In this document: positions 9,382-19,301 of the stretch, piece after piece
Numbering within the stretch: the first letter of the stretch is position 1
Layout of the letters: each line of letters starts with the position of its first letter
Assembly: GCA_945881835.1 (NCBI GenBank)
Contig: CAMCVP010000005.1
Location: forward strand, 62,948 to 126,947
Reading direction: 5' to 3'
From: Chryseobacterium gleum
Lineage (GTDB): Bacteria; Bacteroidota; Bacteroidia; Flavobacteriales_D; Sanyastnellaceae
Length of the DNA stretch: 64,000 nt
Notes under the pieces: generated by a model
The model's database searches: none
Told to the model about the DNA's origin: nothing
The model's input: the letters and a program-made list of their open reading frames with translations, nothing else
Translations under genes and position numbers: made by a program

Positions 9382-10911
9382 ATGAAATCTTTTAAGCTAG
9401 CATCCTTCTTGGCTTTTCGCATGCTTCGCGCGCGAGACAACGGACGTATTTCGAAGCCCATTGTTCGCATTGCCATGTGGGGAGTAGCGATTGGCATTGC
9501 GCTCATGATACTTTCTCTCGCTGTGGTGAAGGGATTTCAATCGGAGGTGCGACAAAAAGTAATTGGGTTCGGAGGACATTTTCAAATTGTTTCGAACGGA
9601 GACAATGCAGCCCAAGAATCGGTTCCGTTACTGTATGATCAAAAGTTAATTGAAGACATCAAGCAAATTCCTGGAATTAAAAACGTTAGTGTCTATGCGC
9701 AAAAGCCTGCCATTGTTGAATCGAAGGCTGGATTGTCTGGAGTTATTGCAAAAGGAATTGAAGCGCAATACGACACTACTTTTTTGCACAGTGTTCTTAC
9801 GCAAGGAAGGGTTATGAAGTTGACCTACGAAGCAGACACACTTCCTGAAGCTGAAATTGTTTTGTCTGAATACATTGCCAATCGACTAGCGCTTCAATTG
9901 GGACAGAAGATGAGTTTGTATATCGTGAACAGCGAAGACGATATTCAACAACAAAATTTCACACTCGTTGGGACTTACAAAACAGAATTGGAAGAGTACG
10001 ACGAGAAATTTATTTTCGTTCACCTCGCCTACCTTCAGCAATTCGGTGGATGGGGACTTCAAGGACAAATCATTGTAGACACCGCGTCAGTTCCGCTTCT
10101 CACGTTTATTTCTCCTATCGGTTTCGGAAACAACGGCGAGTTTGAGCAGCATTGGCTCGACGGAACATCTGCAAAAGAGCCCATCTTATACTTAGGTTTG
10201 ACAGACACCACATTGGGATTGGTTACAACAGCTCCTTTTCAAATTGCAGACACGACCTATGTTCATTTGAAATTTCCTCCGCATGGCGAGAATGAATTCG
10301 TTACACCTCGATGGACCTATTCGAATCTCCGCGGTAGTGAAGTAAATTACATTGGTGGATATGAAGTTCAGGTTGAAAATTATGAAGCACTTGAAAAAGT
10401 GAGAGACCCACTTTGGGAAGCTGTACCTTATGATTTATTTGTCATCCCTCTCACCGATCGCAATCCGGAAATCTTTGCATGGTTGGAAATGCTCGACGTG
10501 AATGTGGTCATTATTGTTGTGCTTATGGTTGTGCTTTCCATTGTGAATATGACCTCGGCCTTGCTCATTCTTATTTTGGAAAGACAATCATTCATTGGTA
10601 CATTAAAATCCATGGGATTACCGAATCCAATTTTGTTGCGTGTCTTCCTTTGGCACGCTGCGCACATCATAGGCAAAGGAGTTATGATTGGAAATATTTT
10701 AGGAATTGGAATTGCGCTTTTCCAGAAATACACCTGTGTATTCAAGCTTGATCCAGCGAACTACTATGTTTCTGAAATTCCCATTCTCATGAACCCTATG
10801 GAAATTATCATTTTGAATGCGCTCACCCTTTGCGTGTGTGTGTTAGCGATGATTCTTCCATCATTATATGTTTCTACTTTCCGTCCAGCAGAGTCGATTC
10901 GAAAAAATTAA
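9382..10911 (+). CDS. FtsX-like ABC transporter permease (LolC/E type) with enlarged extracytoplasmic domain
   Basis: N-terminal TM helix (VAIGIALMILSLAVV), a ~330-aa soluble region, then a C-terminal FtsX block of three TM helices (VVIIVVLMVVLSIVNMTSALLILILER...). Confidence 0.75.
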   Translation: MKSFKLASFLAFRMLRARDNGRISKPIVRIAMWGVAIGIALMILSLAVVKGFQSEVRQKVIGFGGHFQIVSNGDNAAQESVPLLYDQKLIEDIKQIPGIKNVSVYAQKPAIVESKAGLSGVIAKGIEAQYDTTFLHSVLTQGRVMKLTYEADTLPEAEIVLSEYIANRLALQLGQKMSLYIVNSEDDIQQQNFTLVGTYKTELEEYDEKFIFVHLAYLQQFGGWGLQGQIIVDTASVPLLTFISPIGFGNNGEFEQHWLDGTSAKEPILYLGLTDTTLGLVTTAPFQIADTTYVHLKFPPHGENEFVTPRWTYSNLRGSEVNYIGGYEVQVENYEALEKVRDPLWEAVPYDLFVIPLTDRNPEIFAWLEMLDVNVVIIVVLMVVLSIVNMTSALLILILERQSFIGTLKSMGLPNPILLRVFLWHAAHIIGKGVMIGNILGIGIALFQKYTCVFKLDPANYYVSEIPILMNPMEIIILNALTLCVCVLAMILPSLYVSTFRPAESIRKN

Positions 10912-10934
10912 ATCTTCCAACCTACCTTCGCATT

Positions 10935-11912
10935 ATGAATTACCACGAAAACATTCTCGGCACCATTGGTAACACGCCTATGGTGAAATTAAATACCATT
11001 GTAAAAGACATTCCGGCTTTGGTTTTAGCCAAAGTTGAAACCTTCAATCCGGGTAACTCCATTAAAGACCGCATGGCTTTGAAGATGATTGAAGACGCTG
11101 AGAAAGACGGCCGATTGAAACCAGGGGGGACCATTATTGAAGGAACTTCAGGAAACACAGGAATGGGCTTGGCCATTGCGGCCATCATGAAAGGATACAA
11201 GTGTATTTTCACAAGTACCGATAAGCAGAGTAAAGAAAAGTTCGATGCGCTTCGTGCGTTAGGTGCGGAAGTAATTGTTTGTCCAACCGATGTAGATCCC
11301 GAAGATCCTCGATCATACTACAGCGTTTCTTCTCGTCTTGAAAAAGAAACACCCAATTCTTGGAAGCCGAATCAATATGACAATCCGAGCAATGCTCAAG
11401 CGCATTACGAATCTACTGGTCCAGAGATTTGGGATCAAACCGACGGTAAGATTACACACTTGGTTGTAGGTGTTGGAACAGGCGGAACCATTTCCGGAAC
11501 CGCACGTTTCTTGAAAGAAAAAAATCCGAATATTCAAGTCCTTGGTATTGACACGTATGGTTCCATATTCAAAAAATACAAAGAGACTGGAGAGTTCGAT
11601 AAGAACGAAATATACGCCTACGTAACAGAAGGTATTGGTGAAGATTTCCTTCCTGAAAATGTTGACTTCAACCTTATTGATCATTTCGAAAAAGTAACCG
11701 ATAAAGACGCTGCTATCTACACGCGTAAGATTGCTAAAGAAGAAGGCATCTTCGCTGGAAACAGCGCTGGATCGGCTATGGCTGGAATCATGCAAATGAA
11801 AGATCGCTTCAAAGAAGGAGATGTGGTAGTGGTTATTTTCCACGACCATGGGACTCGCTACTTGGGCAAGATGTTCAACGACGATTGGATGAAATCGAAA
11901 GGTTGGTTGTAA
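10935..11912 (+). CDS. PLP-dependent cysteine synthase / cystathionine beta-synthase family enzyme
   Basis: GNTPMV, PLP-lysine motif NPGNSIKDR, and GTSGNTG. The start is set at ATG 10935; the track start at 10830 would overlap the FtsX gene by 82 nt. Confidence 0.85.
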   Translation: MNYHENILGTIGNTPMVKLNTIVKDIPALVLAKVETFNPGNSIKDRMALKMIEDAEKDGRLKPGGTIIEGTSGNTGMGLAIAAIMKGYKCIFTSTDKQSKEKFDALRALGAEVIVCPTDVDPEDPRSYYSVSSRLEKETPNSWKPNQYDNPSNAQAHYESTGPEIWDQTDGKITHLVVGVGTGGTISGTARFLKEKNPNIQVLGIDTYGSIFKKYKETGEFDKNEIYAYVTEGIGEDFLPENVDFNLIDHFEKVTDKDAAIYTRKIAKEEGIFAGNSAGSAMAGIMQMKDRFKEGDVVVVIFHDHGTRYLGKMFNDDWMKSKGWL

Positions 11913-11926
11913 GGGTCTTTCAACTC

Positions 11927-13165
11927 TTACTTCGCGTGAGCTTTAATGACGTTTGAAATAATTTCAACGCATTGCATAATCTCAGCCTCAGTAATACACA
12001 ATGGCGGAGCGAAACGAATGATGTTCCCGTGTGTTGGCTTCGCTAACAATCCGTTCTTGGCAAGGTCTACACAAATGTCCCAAGCTGCGTGGCTGTCCTC
12101 GTGATCATCGATAACAACGGCGTTTAACAATCCTTTTCCGCGAACAAGTGTTACCAATGAAACTTCGCTTTGAAGTTTTCTCATTTCACTTCTAAATAAT
12201 TCTCCTAAGCGCTCAGAATTTTCCGCCATGTTTTCATCGCGTAAAACTTCCAAAGCAGCGGTAGCAACAGCGCAAGCCAAAGGATTTCCACCGTAAGTGC
12301 TTCCGTGTTCACCTGGCTTAATGGTAAGCATAATTTCATTGCTCGAAAGAACTGCGCTTACGGGCAATACACCACCTGAAAGCGCCTTTCCAAGAACCAA
12401 AATATCTGGCTTCACATTTTCGTGATCGCAAGCCAACATCTTACCCGTGCGTGCTAATCCTGTTTGAACTTCATCGGCAATCATCAACACATTGTACTTC
12501 GTGCAAAGTGCACGAACCCCTGCTAGATATCCTTCATGCGGAACAACAACACCTGCTTCCCCTTGAATAGGCTCGAACATAAATCCAGCAATGTTCGGAT
12601 CACTTGACAAACATGCTTCTAATGCATTCAAATCATTATATGGAATAGACAAGAATCCGGGCATATACGGACCGAAACCTGCATAGCTGCTTGGGTCTTG
12701 CGAAGTTGAAATTGCAGCCAATGTTCTTCCCCAGAAATTCCCTTCCACAAAAACTATTTTGGCTTGATTATCTGCAATGCCTTTCACTTTATATCCCCAC
12801 TTGCGCGCTAACTTCACAGCGGTCTCCCCGCCTTCAACGCCTGTGTTCATTGGAAGAACTTTCTCGTAACCGAAATATTCGGTGATGAACTTTTCGTAAG
12901 ATCCCAATTCACTGTTGTAAAACGCACGAGAAGTAAGGGTTACTTTCTCGGCTTGATCTTTCAATGCTTGAATAATCTTCGGATGACAGTGCCCTTGGTT
13001 AACGGCAGAGTATGCCGAAAGAAAATCGAAATACTCCTTCCCTTCTAAATCCCAAACCTTGGCGCCTTTCCCCTTGGCAATTACAACCGGAATTGGATGG
13101 TAATTATGAGCACCGTAATTGTCTTCCAATTTCATGGCCTCTGCCGAGTTCAAGCTTGCATTCAT
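11927..13165 (-). CDS. rocD: Ornithine--oxo-acid aminotransferase
   Basis: Class-III aminotransferase with [19 protein letters not shown] and a GKALSGG Schiff-base Lys region. It shows overall eukaryote-like OAT similarity. Confidence 0.85.
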   Translation of the reverse strand: MNASLNSAEAMKLEDNYGAHNYHPIPVVIAKGKGAKVWDLEGKEYFDFLSAYSAVNQGHCHPKIIQALKDQAEKVTLTSRAFYNSELGSYEKFITEYFGYEKVLPMNTGVEGGETAVKLARKWGYKVKGIADNQAKIVFVEGNFWGRTLAAISTSQDPSSYAGFGPYMPGFLSIPYNDLNALEACLSSDPNIAGFMFEPIQGEAGVVVPHEGYLAGVRALCTKYNVLMIADEVQTGLARTGKMLACDHENVKPDILVLGKALSGGVLPVSAVLSSNEIMLTIKPGEHGSTYGGNPLACAVATAALEVLRDENMAENSERLGELFRSEMRKLQSEVSLVTLVRGKGLLNAVVIDDHEDSHAAWDICVDLAKNGLLAKPTHGNIIRFAPPLCITEAEIMQCVEIISNVIKAHAK

Positions 13166-13203
13166 TTGAAATAATTTTCAGCGAATTTAGAGACGGATTG
13201 TTG

Positions 13204-13211
13204 TACTTTTG
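13204..13211 (+). promoter_or_regulatory. Candidate -7 box (TACTTTTG) for ndk
   Basis: Exact TAnnTTTG, 18 nt upstream of ATG 13230. Confidence 0.4.
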
Positions 13212-13229
13212 CATTCCAAAATATTAATT

Positions 13230-13649
13230 ATGTCAGGAACTCGCACTTTTACGATGATTAAGCCAGATGCAACCGCAGCAGGCAACACAGGAAAAATCAT
13301 TGACAAAATCATTGAAGCAGGTTTTTCTATCCGCGCAATGAAAATGACTCAACTTTCTACGGAAGAAGCTTCTCGTTTTTACGAGGTTCACAAAGAGCGT
13401 CCGTTTTATGGAGAATTAGTAGAATACATGACTAGCGGTCCTATCGTGGCTGCTATTCTTGAAAAAGATAACGCAGTTGAAAGCTTCAGAACACTTATTG
13501 GTGCTACTGACCCTTCAAAAGCAGATGAAGGAACTATCCGTCGCATGTTTGCTACAAGCATCGCTGCTAATGCCGTTCACGGTTCAGACAGCGACGAAAA
13601 TGCAGCTAACGAAGGTGCATTTTTCTTCTCAACGCGCGAGCAAGTTTAA
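13230..13649 (+). CDS. ndk: Nucleoside diphosphate kinase
   Basis: RTFTMIKPD and active-site NAVHGSDS. The start is set at ATG 13230, downstream of the -7 box. Confidence 0.95.
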   Translation: MSGTRTFTMIKPDATAAGNTGKIIDKIIEAGFSIRAMKMTQLSTEEASRFYEVHKERPFYGELVEYMTSGPIVAAILEKDNAVESFRTLIGATDPSKADEGTIRRMFATSIAANAVHGSDSDENAANEGAFFFSTREQV

Positions 13650-13674
13650 GTTTTTAATTAAAAACTGAAAAAAC

Positions 13675-13716
13675 ATCGGGAGCTCGCTTTTATTAGCAGC
13701 TCCCGATTTATTTTTG
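13675..13716 (+). terminator. Rho-independent terminator after ndk
   Basis: 10-bp stem atcgggagct (13675-13684) / agctcccgat (13698-13707), followed by ttatttttg. Confidence 0.8.
13709..13716 (+). promoter_or_regulatory. Candidate -7 box (TATTTTTG) for icd
   Basis: Exact TAnnTTTG, 19 nt upstream of ATG 13736. It coincides with the terminator T-tail, so it is ambiguous. Confidence 0.3.
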
Positions 13717-13735
13717 TACCCTAATTAATCAAGAC

Positions 13736-14965
13736 ATGAATAAAATCAAAGTAGCCAATCCGATTGTTGAAATGGATGGCGATGAAATGACTCGAATCAT
13801 TTGGAAATACATCAAAGACAAATTAATTCTTCCATACGTAGAGCTTGACATTAAATATTTCGATTTAGGAATTGAAAATCGTGATGCTACTGAAGACCGC
13901 GTAACTGTTGAGTCTGCAGAAGCTACCTTGAAATACAACGTTGCGGTTAAATGCGCAACCATCACTCCTGATGAGGCACGTGTTCAAGAATTCGGATTGA
14001 AGAAAATGTGGAAGTCACCAAACGGAACCATTCGCAATATTGTAGGTGGAACTGTTTTCCGCGAGCCAATCATTTGCAACAATATCCCGAAGTTGGTTCC
14101 AGGTTGGACCAAGCCCATTAACATTGGTCGTCATGCATTCGGTGATCAGTACCGTGCAACAGATACTACCATTAAAGGAAAAGGGAAATTAACCATGACC
14201 TTCACACCGGAAGACGGTGGAGAAACTAAGTCTTGGGAAGTTTACAATTTCGAAGGAGATGGCGTAGCAATGGCTATGTACAACACAGACGAAAGCATTT
14301 ATGGCTTCGCTCGCAGTTGCTTCAACCAAGCTATCATGCGCAACTGGAATTTATATTTCTCTTCGAAGAACACCATTTTAAAGCATTACGACGGACGCTT
14401 CAAAGACATCTTTGAAGAAGTTTATCAAAATGAATTCAAATCGAAATTCACTGACTTAGGTATCACCTACGAACACCGCTTAATAGACGACATGGTTGCT
14501 TTCTGTTTGAAGAGCGATGGTGGTTTTGTTTGGGCATGCAAGAACTACGACGGAGACGTTCAAAGTGATATCGTAGCGCAAGGATTCGGTTCTTTAGGAC
14601 TTATGACTTCTGCGTTAATTACTCCAGATGGAATGACTATGGAAGCGGAAGCTGCTCACGGAACTGTGACCCGTCACTACCGTCAGCACCAACAAGGAAA
14701 GAAAACTTCTACCAACCCTATTGCTTCTATTTTCGCATGGACTCAAGGTCTTGCTTTCCGTGGAAAATTAGACAACAACCAAGAACTTATCACATTCGCT
14801 CAAACACTTGAGAAAGTATGTGTTGATTTGGTTCAAGGTGGAAAGATGACGAAAGATTTAGCAGTGTGTATTCACGGTTCTGAAACTCGTGAAGAGCATT
14901 ATTTAACGACTGAAGATTTCCTTGATGCTATTGATCAAGAATTGAAAAATAGATTGTCGAATTAA
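13736..14965 (+). CDS. icd: NADP-dependent isocitrate dehydrogenase (eukaryote-like homodimeric type)
   Basis: 409 aa. [23 protein letters not shown] is the canonical type-II IDH N-terminus, and GTVTRHYR is present. Confidence 0.95.
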   Translation: MNKIKVANPIVEMDGDEMTRIIWKYIKDKLILPYVELDIKYFDLGIENRDATEDRVTVESAEATLKYNVAVKCATITPDEARVQEFGLKKMWKSPNGTIRNIVGGTVFREPIICNNIPKLVPGWTKPINIGRHAFGDQYRATDTTIKGKGKLTMTFTPEDGGETKSWEVYNFEGDGVAMAMYNTDESIYGFARSCFNQAIMRNWNLYFSSKNTILKHYDGRFKDIFEEVYQNEFKSKFTDLGITYEHRLIDDMVAFCLKSDGGFVWACKNYDGDVQSDIVAQGFGSLGLMTSALITPDGMTMEAEAAHGTVTRHYRQHQQGKKTSTNPIASIFAWTQGLAFRGKLDNNQELITFAQTLEKVCVDLVQGGKMTKDLAVCIHGSETREEHYLTTEDFLDAIDQELKNRLSN

Positions 14966-14985
14966 TTTCGAAAATAGATTGCACT

Positions 14986-15015
14986 AAAAAGACTCGCTTC
15001 GGCGGGTCTTTTTTT
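14986..15015. terminator. Bidirectional rho-independent terminator between icd and convergent lipoprotein gene
   Basis: Stem agactcgc (14990-14997) / gcgggtct (15002-15009) with a ttcg loop, an A-run before and a T-run after. Confidence 0.8.
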
Positions 15016-15514
15016 ATGGCTTTAAATAAACTGGAGAATAAACGGTGTTCGAAAAATTCAAATCGCGATCGCAAATACGAACCGCGAATCTGCACGTGTC
15101 AAACCCACTAGCTAAGTAGTAACCTGGATACATCTGAACAGTAATGGTTCCTTTCTGAGTTTTGTTTTGTCCGGGAGGAGAGGCCCATGGCACGCGGTAA
15201 TAAAACGGAACCGCGTTCGGGTTTAAGCAGGGATCTTCACTTATCTCCATCCAAATTCCGTTGCGCAATTCTTCATACACACAAAACAAATTGTAACGTG
15301 TATCGCAAGCCCCGAAAACACCAGATGTATCGTCTTGACCTAACCCTACATTCCCATCACCGTCAATAAAATCGACTTGCAAAAAAGCACTATCACTGCT
15401 AACCGACATGCGCACAGCCTGAATGGCAGGCTCATTGGGATAAGACTCCACCTTCAAACAACTACTCACCAAGAGAGTAAGGAAAATAAATAGTAGTGTC
15501 CCAATCTTTCGCAT
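15014..15514 (-). CDS. Hypothetical lipoprotein
   Basis: Lipobox signal MRKIGTLLFIFLTLLVSSC. I recognise no family. Confidence 0.6.
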   Translation of the reverse strand: MRKIGTLLFIFLTLLVSSCLKVESYPNEPAIQAVRMSVSSDSAFLQVDFIDGDGNVGLGQDDTSGVFGACDTRYNLFCVYEELRNGIWMEISEDPCLNPNAVPFYYRVPWASPPGQNKTQKGTITVQMYPGYYLASGFDTCRFAVRICDRDLNFSNTVYSPVYLKP

Positions 15515-15531
15515 CTTTGTAAAGATATAGA

Positions 15532-16524
15532 ATGAAAGGCGAAACAGCGAACGACAAAATGGATTTTACTCAAACAACTTCCGACAGTTTTAACCATTTT
15601 GCATTAGCAACCTTTAAGAATCAAATTGCGAAATCGACGGTTTACCAAGCGTTTTGCAGGGCTCTTGGAAAAAATGACAGAGAAATATCTAATTGGACAG
15701 AGATTCCTTTTTTACCGATTTCCTTTTTCAAAACACATCGCGTGTGCATGGAGGAACCAATTGTTCATGTTTTCGAAAGCAGCGGCACAGGCGGAAATCG
15801 CAGTCAGCATTTGGTTAATGATCTTTCACTGTACGAGCAGTCTTTCTTCCCGACTTTTAAAAAATACATTGAAACTCACCTTGAAGATGTAAGCATATTG
15901 GCCCTACTTCCTTCCTACTTAGAACGCAACAATTCATCTTTGGTGTATATGGTGAATGCCTTGCTGCCAGAGGCGCATGAGACTTCCGGCTTTTTCCTTA
16001 ACGATTTCACTGCTTTAAAGAATCAGCTCGAAGCGAATGAAAAAAATGAAGTCAAAACGCTACTGCTCGGAGTGTCCTTTGCATTGCTCGACTTCTCAGA
16101 AGAGTTCGCAATGCCTTTAAAATACACCACAATTATGGAAACCGGTGGAATGAAGGGGAGACGAGAAGAACTTACAAGAACTCAACTTCATGCTCAGCTT
16201 TGTCAGGCTTTTCAAGTCAATGAAATACATAGCGAATACGGAATGACTGAACTTTTTTCACAGGCTTATTCCAAAGGAAACGGGATATTTGTTTGTCCAC
16301 CTTGGATGAAGGTAGTGTGTCGCGACATTCAAGATCCCTTGTCATTACTCCCTGCTGGAAAGCGCGGTGCGCTTAACATTATAGACCTTGCCAATCAGAA
16401 TTCCTGTTCCTTTATTGCCACCGAAGATGTGGGTGTTGTTCATGAAAATGGAACCTTTGAAATACTCGGAAGAATGAACCACGCCGAGATTAGAGGATGT
16501 AATTTACTTTTTTCAGAATCCTAG
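15532..16524 (+). CDS. LuxE/PaaK-like acyl-protein synthetase / adenylate-forming enzyme
   Basis: ~330 aa with SSGTGG (AMP-binding P-loop-like), METGGMKGRREE and HSEYGMTEL, resembling the LuxE acyl-protein synthetase family. Confidence 0.6.
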   Translation: MKGETANDKMDFTQTTSDSFNHFALATFKNQIAKSTVYQAFCRALGKNDREISNWTEIPFLPISFFKTHRVCMEEPIVHVFESSGTGGNRSQHLVNDLSLYEQSFFPTFKKYIETHLEDVSILALLPSYLERNNSSLVYMVNALLPEAHETSGFFLNDFTALKNQLEANEKNEVKTLLLGVSFALLDFSEEFAMPLKYTTIMETGGMKGRREELTRTQLHAQLCQAFQVNEIHSEYGMTELFSQAYSKGNGIFVCPPWMKVVCRDIQDPLSLLPAGKRGALNIIDLANQNSCSFIATEDVGVVHENGTFEILGRMNHAEIRGCNLLFSES

Positions 16525-16627
16525 GCAACCATTTATTTTCATCTCCGTCTTGAATATAGAAGTATCTAACTTCTTATCCGAATTGAAATGTGTTGGGCAG
16601 GACAATTTGGTGATATGATTTCCTAAA

Positions 16628-16670
16628 CAAAATAAGCAGGGGGTTCCAAAGGGGACCCCTGCTTATTTTA
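16628..16670. terminator. Bidirectional terminator between LuxE-like gene and tyrS
   Basis: 9-bp GC-rich stem aagcagggg (16634-16642) / cccctgctt (16656-16664), flanked by aaaat and atttta. Confidence 0.75.
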
Positions 16671-17945
16671 TAGACATTTCAACAAGAAATAATTTTTCTT
16701 TCCGCGTTGAAGAATGATCAATTCACCATGAATCAAATGACTGGCATCTACTCTTGAGTCGAGCGTTACTTTCTGTTTATTTATTGCAATGCTGTTCTCT
16801 TGTAACGCTCTTCTAGCCTCTCCTTTAGAAGGAAGGAATCCGGAATTAACAAGAACGTCAATGACATCTGCACCTGCTTCAATTTCGGTCTTGCTTACCG
16901 TTCCTTGCGGAACACCTTCGAAAATATCTAACAACATTTCCTTCGGCAACGAATCGAATGCACTGTCTTTCGAAAATAGAATTCCAGAAGCTTGAATGGC
17001 TTGTGTTGTATCTGCTGCGCTGTGCACGCGTGTAGTAATGTCTTCGGCCAAAGCCTTTTGAAGCGCACGCATACCAGAATCGAGTGCATGTGCGGCTTCC
17101 AACGCTTCTATTTCTTCTTTTCCTTTCAAGGTGAAAATGCGAATGAAATTCTTCACATCTTCATCGCTTGCATTCAACCAAAACTGATAGAATTTATAAG
17201 GTGAAGTACGCGCAGCATCTAACCAAACATTTCCACTTTCCGTTTTACCGAACTTGGTGCCGTCTGCCTTTTTAATAAGCGGAGTAGTTAAAGCAAAAGC
17301 GCTTCCTCCGTCTATTCTGCGAATCAATTCAGTTCCTGTAGTAATGTTTCCCCACTGATCTGAACCGCCCATTTGAAGGGTAATTCCGTGGTTCTTCCAC
17401 AAATAATAAAAATCGTATCCTTGAATAAGTTGGTACGTGAATTCAGTAAAACTCATACCCTCTCGGTCTTCACCGCTAATTCGGTTTTTCACCGAATCTT
17501 TCGCCATCATGTAATTCACCGTTAAGCGTTTTCCCACATCGCGAATAAATTCCAAGAAACCCATCTCTTTAAACCAATCGTAGTTGTTAACGATTTCCGC
17601 AGAACGGTCTCCACAATTGAAATCTAAGAAACGCTCCAATTGCTTTTGCTGACATTCTTGGTTGTAGCGAAGTTCTTCTTCACCCAATAAATTTCTTTCT
17701 GCAGATTTACCGCTTGGATCGCCTACCATTCCAGTTGCTCCACCAATAAGGGCTACAGGCTTATGCCCACTCTGTTGAAAATGAAGGAGGGTCATAATCT
17801 GAACCATATTCCCCACACCCAAAGAACTTGCCGTTGGATCGAATCCAATGTATGCCTTACGCATTTGCGCATTTAAATGTGCCTCTGTTTCCGGGATACT
17901 GTTATGCAACATTCCTCTCCATTGCAACTCCTCTACAAAATTCAT
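16668..17945 (-). CDS. tyrS: Tyrosine--tRNA ligase
   Basis: Class-I fold, KFGKTESG (KMSKS-type loop), and a C-terminal S4-like domain (GEARRALQENSIAINKQKV). Confidence 0.95.
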   Translation of the reverse strand: MNFVEELQWRGMLHNSIPETEAHLNAQMRKAYIGFDPTASSLGVGNMVQIMTLLHFQQSGHKPVALIGGATGMVGDPSGKSAERNLLGEEELRYNQECQQKQLERFLDFNCGDRSAEIVNNYDWFKEMGFLEFIRDVGKRLTVNYMMAKDSVKNRISGEDREGMSFTEFTYQLIQGYDFYYLWKNHGITLQMGGSDQWGNITTGTELIRRIDGGSAFALTTPLIKKADGTKFGKTESGNVWLDAARTSPYKFYQFWLNASDEDVKNFIRIFTLKGKEEIEALEAAHALDSGMRALQKALAEDITTRVHSAADTTQAIQASGILFSKDSAFDSLPKEMLLDIFEGVPQGTVSKTEIEAGADVIDVLVNSGFLPSKGEARRALQENSIAINKQKVTLDSRVDASHLIHGELIILQRGKKNYFLLKCL

Positions 17946-17974
17946 CGCTCTAATTTTTTACGAAAATACAACCA

Positions 17975-19243
17975 TTAAATCACTTCCTTCAATTGTTCCA
18001 AGCGCATTCCACGCGAACCTTTCAACAAAACAATTCTTCCCTTCACTTCATTCAACTTCAAATAAGCCAATCCATCTTGAGCATTCATCAAATCCGTTGC
18101 TCCAACCGATTGAAATTCCTTCCCAATGAAAATACCTTCCAATCGCAATTCCTTTGTTAGGTTGAAAATCTTCAAGTGCTCTTCGTGCGCATACTCCCCC
18201 ATTTCGAACATATCTCCTATTATGAAAAACGTATTTTCCATTTTCGAAAGATTTAACAAAGCCGCTTCCATGCTGCTTGGATTCGCGTTGTAGGCATCGA
18301 GAATAACCTTGTTCCTCCCTGAATCCCACCACTGACTGCGGTTGTTCTCAGGAGTATAAGAGGCAATTGCTTTACACATTAAATCTGAAGCAACACCAAA
18401 CTCATGTCCAACCGCAATTGCAGTTGCCATGTTGTACAAATTATAAGTCCCCGCCATTTGTGCGTGACAAATATGCTTCGTATCATCTGAAGGTGTGCTG
18501 AATTCAAACGAAAGTGTTGGATGCTCGGCTACTATTTCCAAATGAAAACCGCCTGATTTGAATCCGTATTTTTTATGTGGAATACGCTCTGCCATAGCAT
18601 CTAAATGCGCGAGTTCTGTATTAACCAAGCACATTCCGTTGTGGGTAGATACGAAATCGAAGAGCTCGCCTTTGCCTTTTATTATTCCTTCCACTCCACC
18701 GAATCCTTCAAGATGAGCCTTTCCGATGTTGGTAATGACTCCGTAATTCGGCATGGCATATTCGCAGTAAGAAGCAATTTCTCTCTGATGATTCGCGCCC
18801 ATTTCAATAATGGCAATTTCACAATCAGCAGGGACTGCCAAAAGCGAAAGCGGAACACCGATGTGATTATTCAAATTACCGAGAGTTGCAAAAGTCTTGT
18901 ACTTCATGTTTAACACTTCGCGCATGAGTTCCTTGGTGGTGGTTTTTCCGTTGCTTCCCGTAATGCCAATAACAGGAAACGAAAAGGTCTCGCGGTAACG
19001 CTTCGCCAAAGCTTGCAGCGCAATGAGACAATCTTCAACACGAACGAGCTGTATAGAATCGAATCCCACTTCTTCGTCAACCACCACCAGAGAAGCACCT
19101 GCATCCAATGCCTGCTTCGCAAAATGATTTCCGTTGAAGTTATCTCCCTTCAATGCGAAGAAAATATCATTCACTTGCACGTTACGGGTATCAGTGGTGA
19201 CACTTCGCACTTCCAGAAATTTCGTAAAAATGAATTCAATCAT
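17975..19243 (-). CDS. murF: UDP-N-acetylmuramoyl-tripeptide--D-alanyl-D-alanine ligase
   Basis: TTDTRNV...DIFFALKGDNFNGNHF and the P-loop GITGSNGKTTTKE. The track start at 19261 is GTG inside the gldJ terminator stem, so I use ATG 19243. Confidence 0.9.
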   Translation of the reverse strand: MIEFIFTKFLEVRSVTTDTRNVQVNDIFFALKGDNFNGNHFAKQALDAGASLVVVDEEVGFDSIQLVRVEDCLIALQALAKRYRETFSFPVIGITGSNGKTTTKELMREVLNMKYKTFATLGNLNNHIGVPLSLLAVPADCEIAIIEMGANHQREIASYCEYAMPNYGVITNIGKAHLEGFGGVEGIIKGKGELFDFVSTHNGMCLVNTELAHLDAMAERIPHKKYGFKSGGFHLEIVAEHPTLSFEFSTPSDDTKHICHAQMAGTYNLYNMATAIAVGHEFGVASDLMCKAIASYTPENNRSQWWDSGRNKVILDAYNANPSSMEAALLNLSKMENTFFIIGDMFEMGEYAHEEHLKIFNLTKELRLEGIFIGKEFQSVGATDLMNAQDGLAYLKLNEVKGRIVLLKGSRGMRLEQLKEVI

Positions 19244-19250
19244 AGCGCTA

Positions 19251-19278
19251 AAATAAAACACCCCGCTAATGCGGGGTG
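19251..19278 (-). terminator. Rho-independent terminator after gldJ
   Basis: Stem caccccgc (19259-19266) / gcggggtg (19271-19278) with loop taat. The minus-strand T-tail is ttttattt. Confidence 0.75.
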
Positions 19279-19301
19279 TAATGTTATGAATTTTCGAAAG
19301 A

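Noticed and set aside
10830-10934. Long N-terminal extension of the PLP enzyme (track start at 10830)
   Set aside because: It would overlap the FtsX gene by 82 nt and encodes a non-conserved-looking peptide. The canonical N-terminus begins at ATG 10935.
11313-11849. 178-aa ORF antisense to the cysteine synthase/CBS-family gene
   Set aside because: It lies entirely within a confidently assigned gene on the other strand, and it has no motifs and no promoter context.
16525-16667. 143-nt convergent intergenic region as a possible sRNA or small ORF
   Set aside because: I found only a weak 6-bp hairpin (agaagt/acttct), a 12-codon ORF and the bidirectional terminator. Nothing supports an RNA gene without expression or conservation data.
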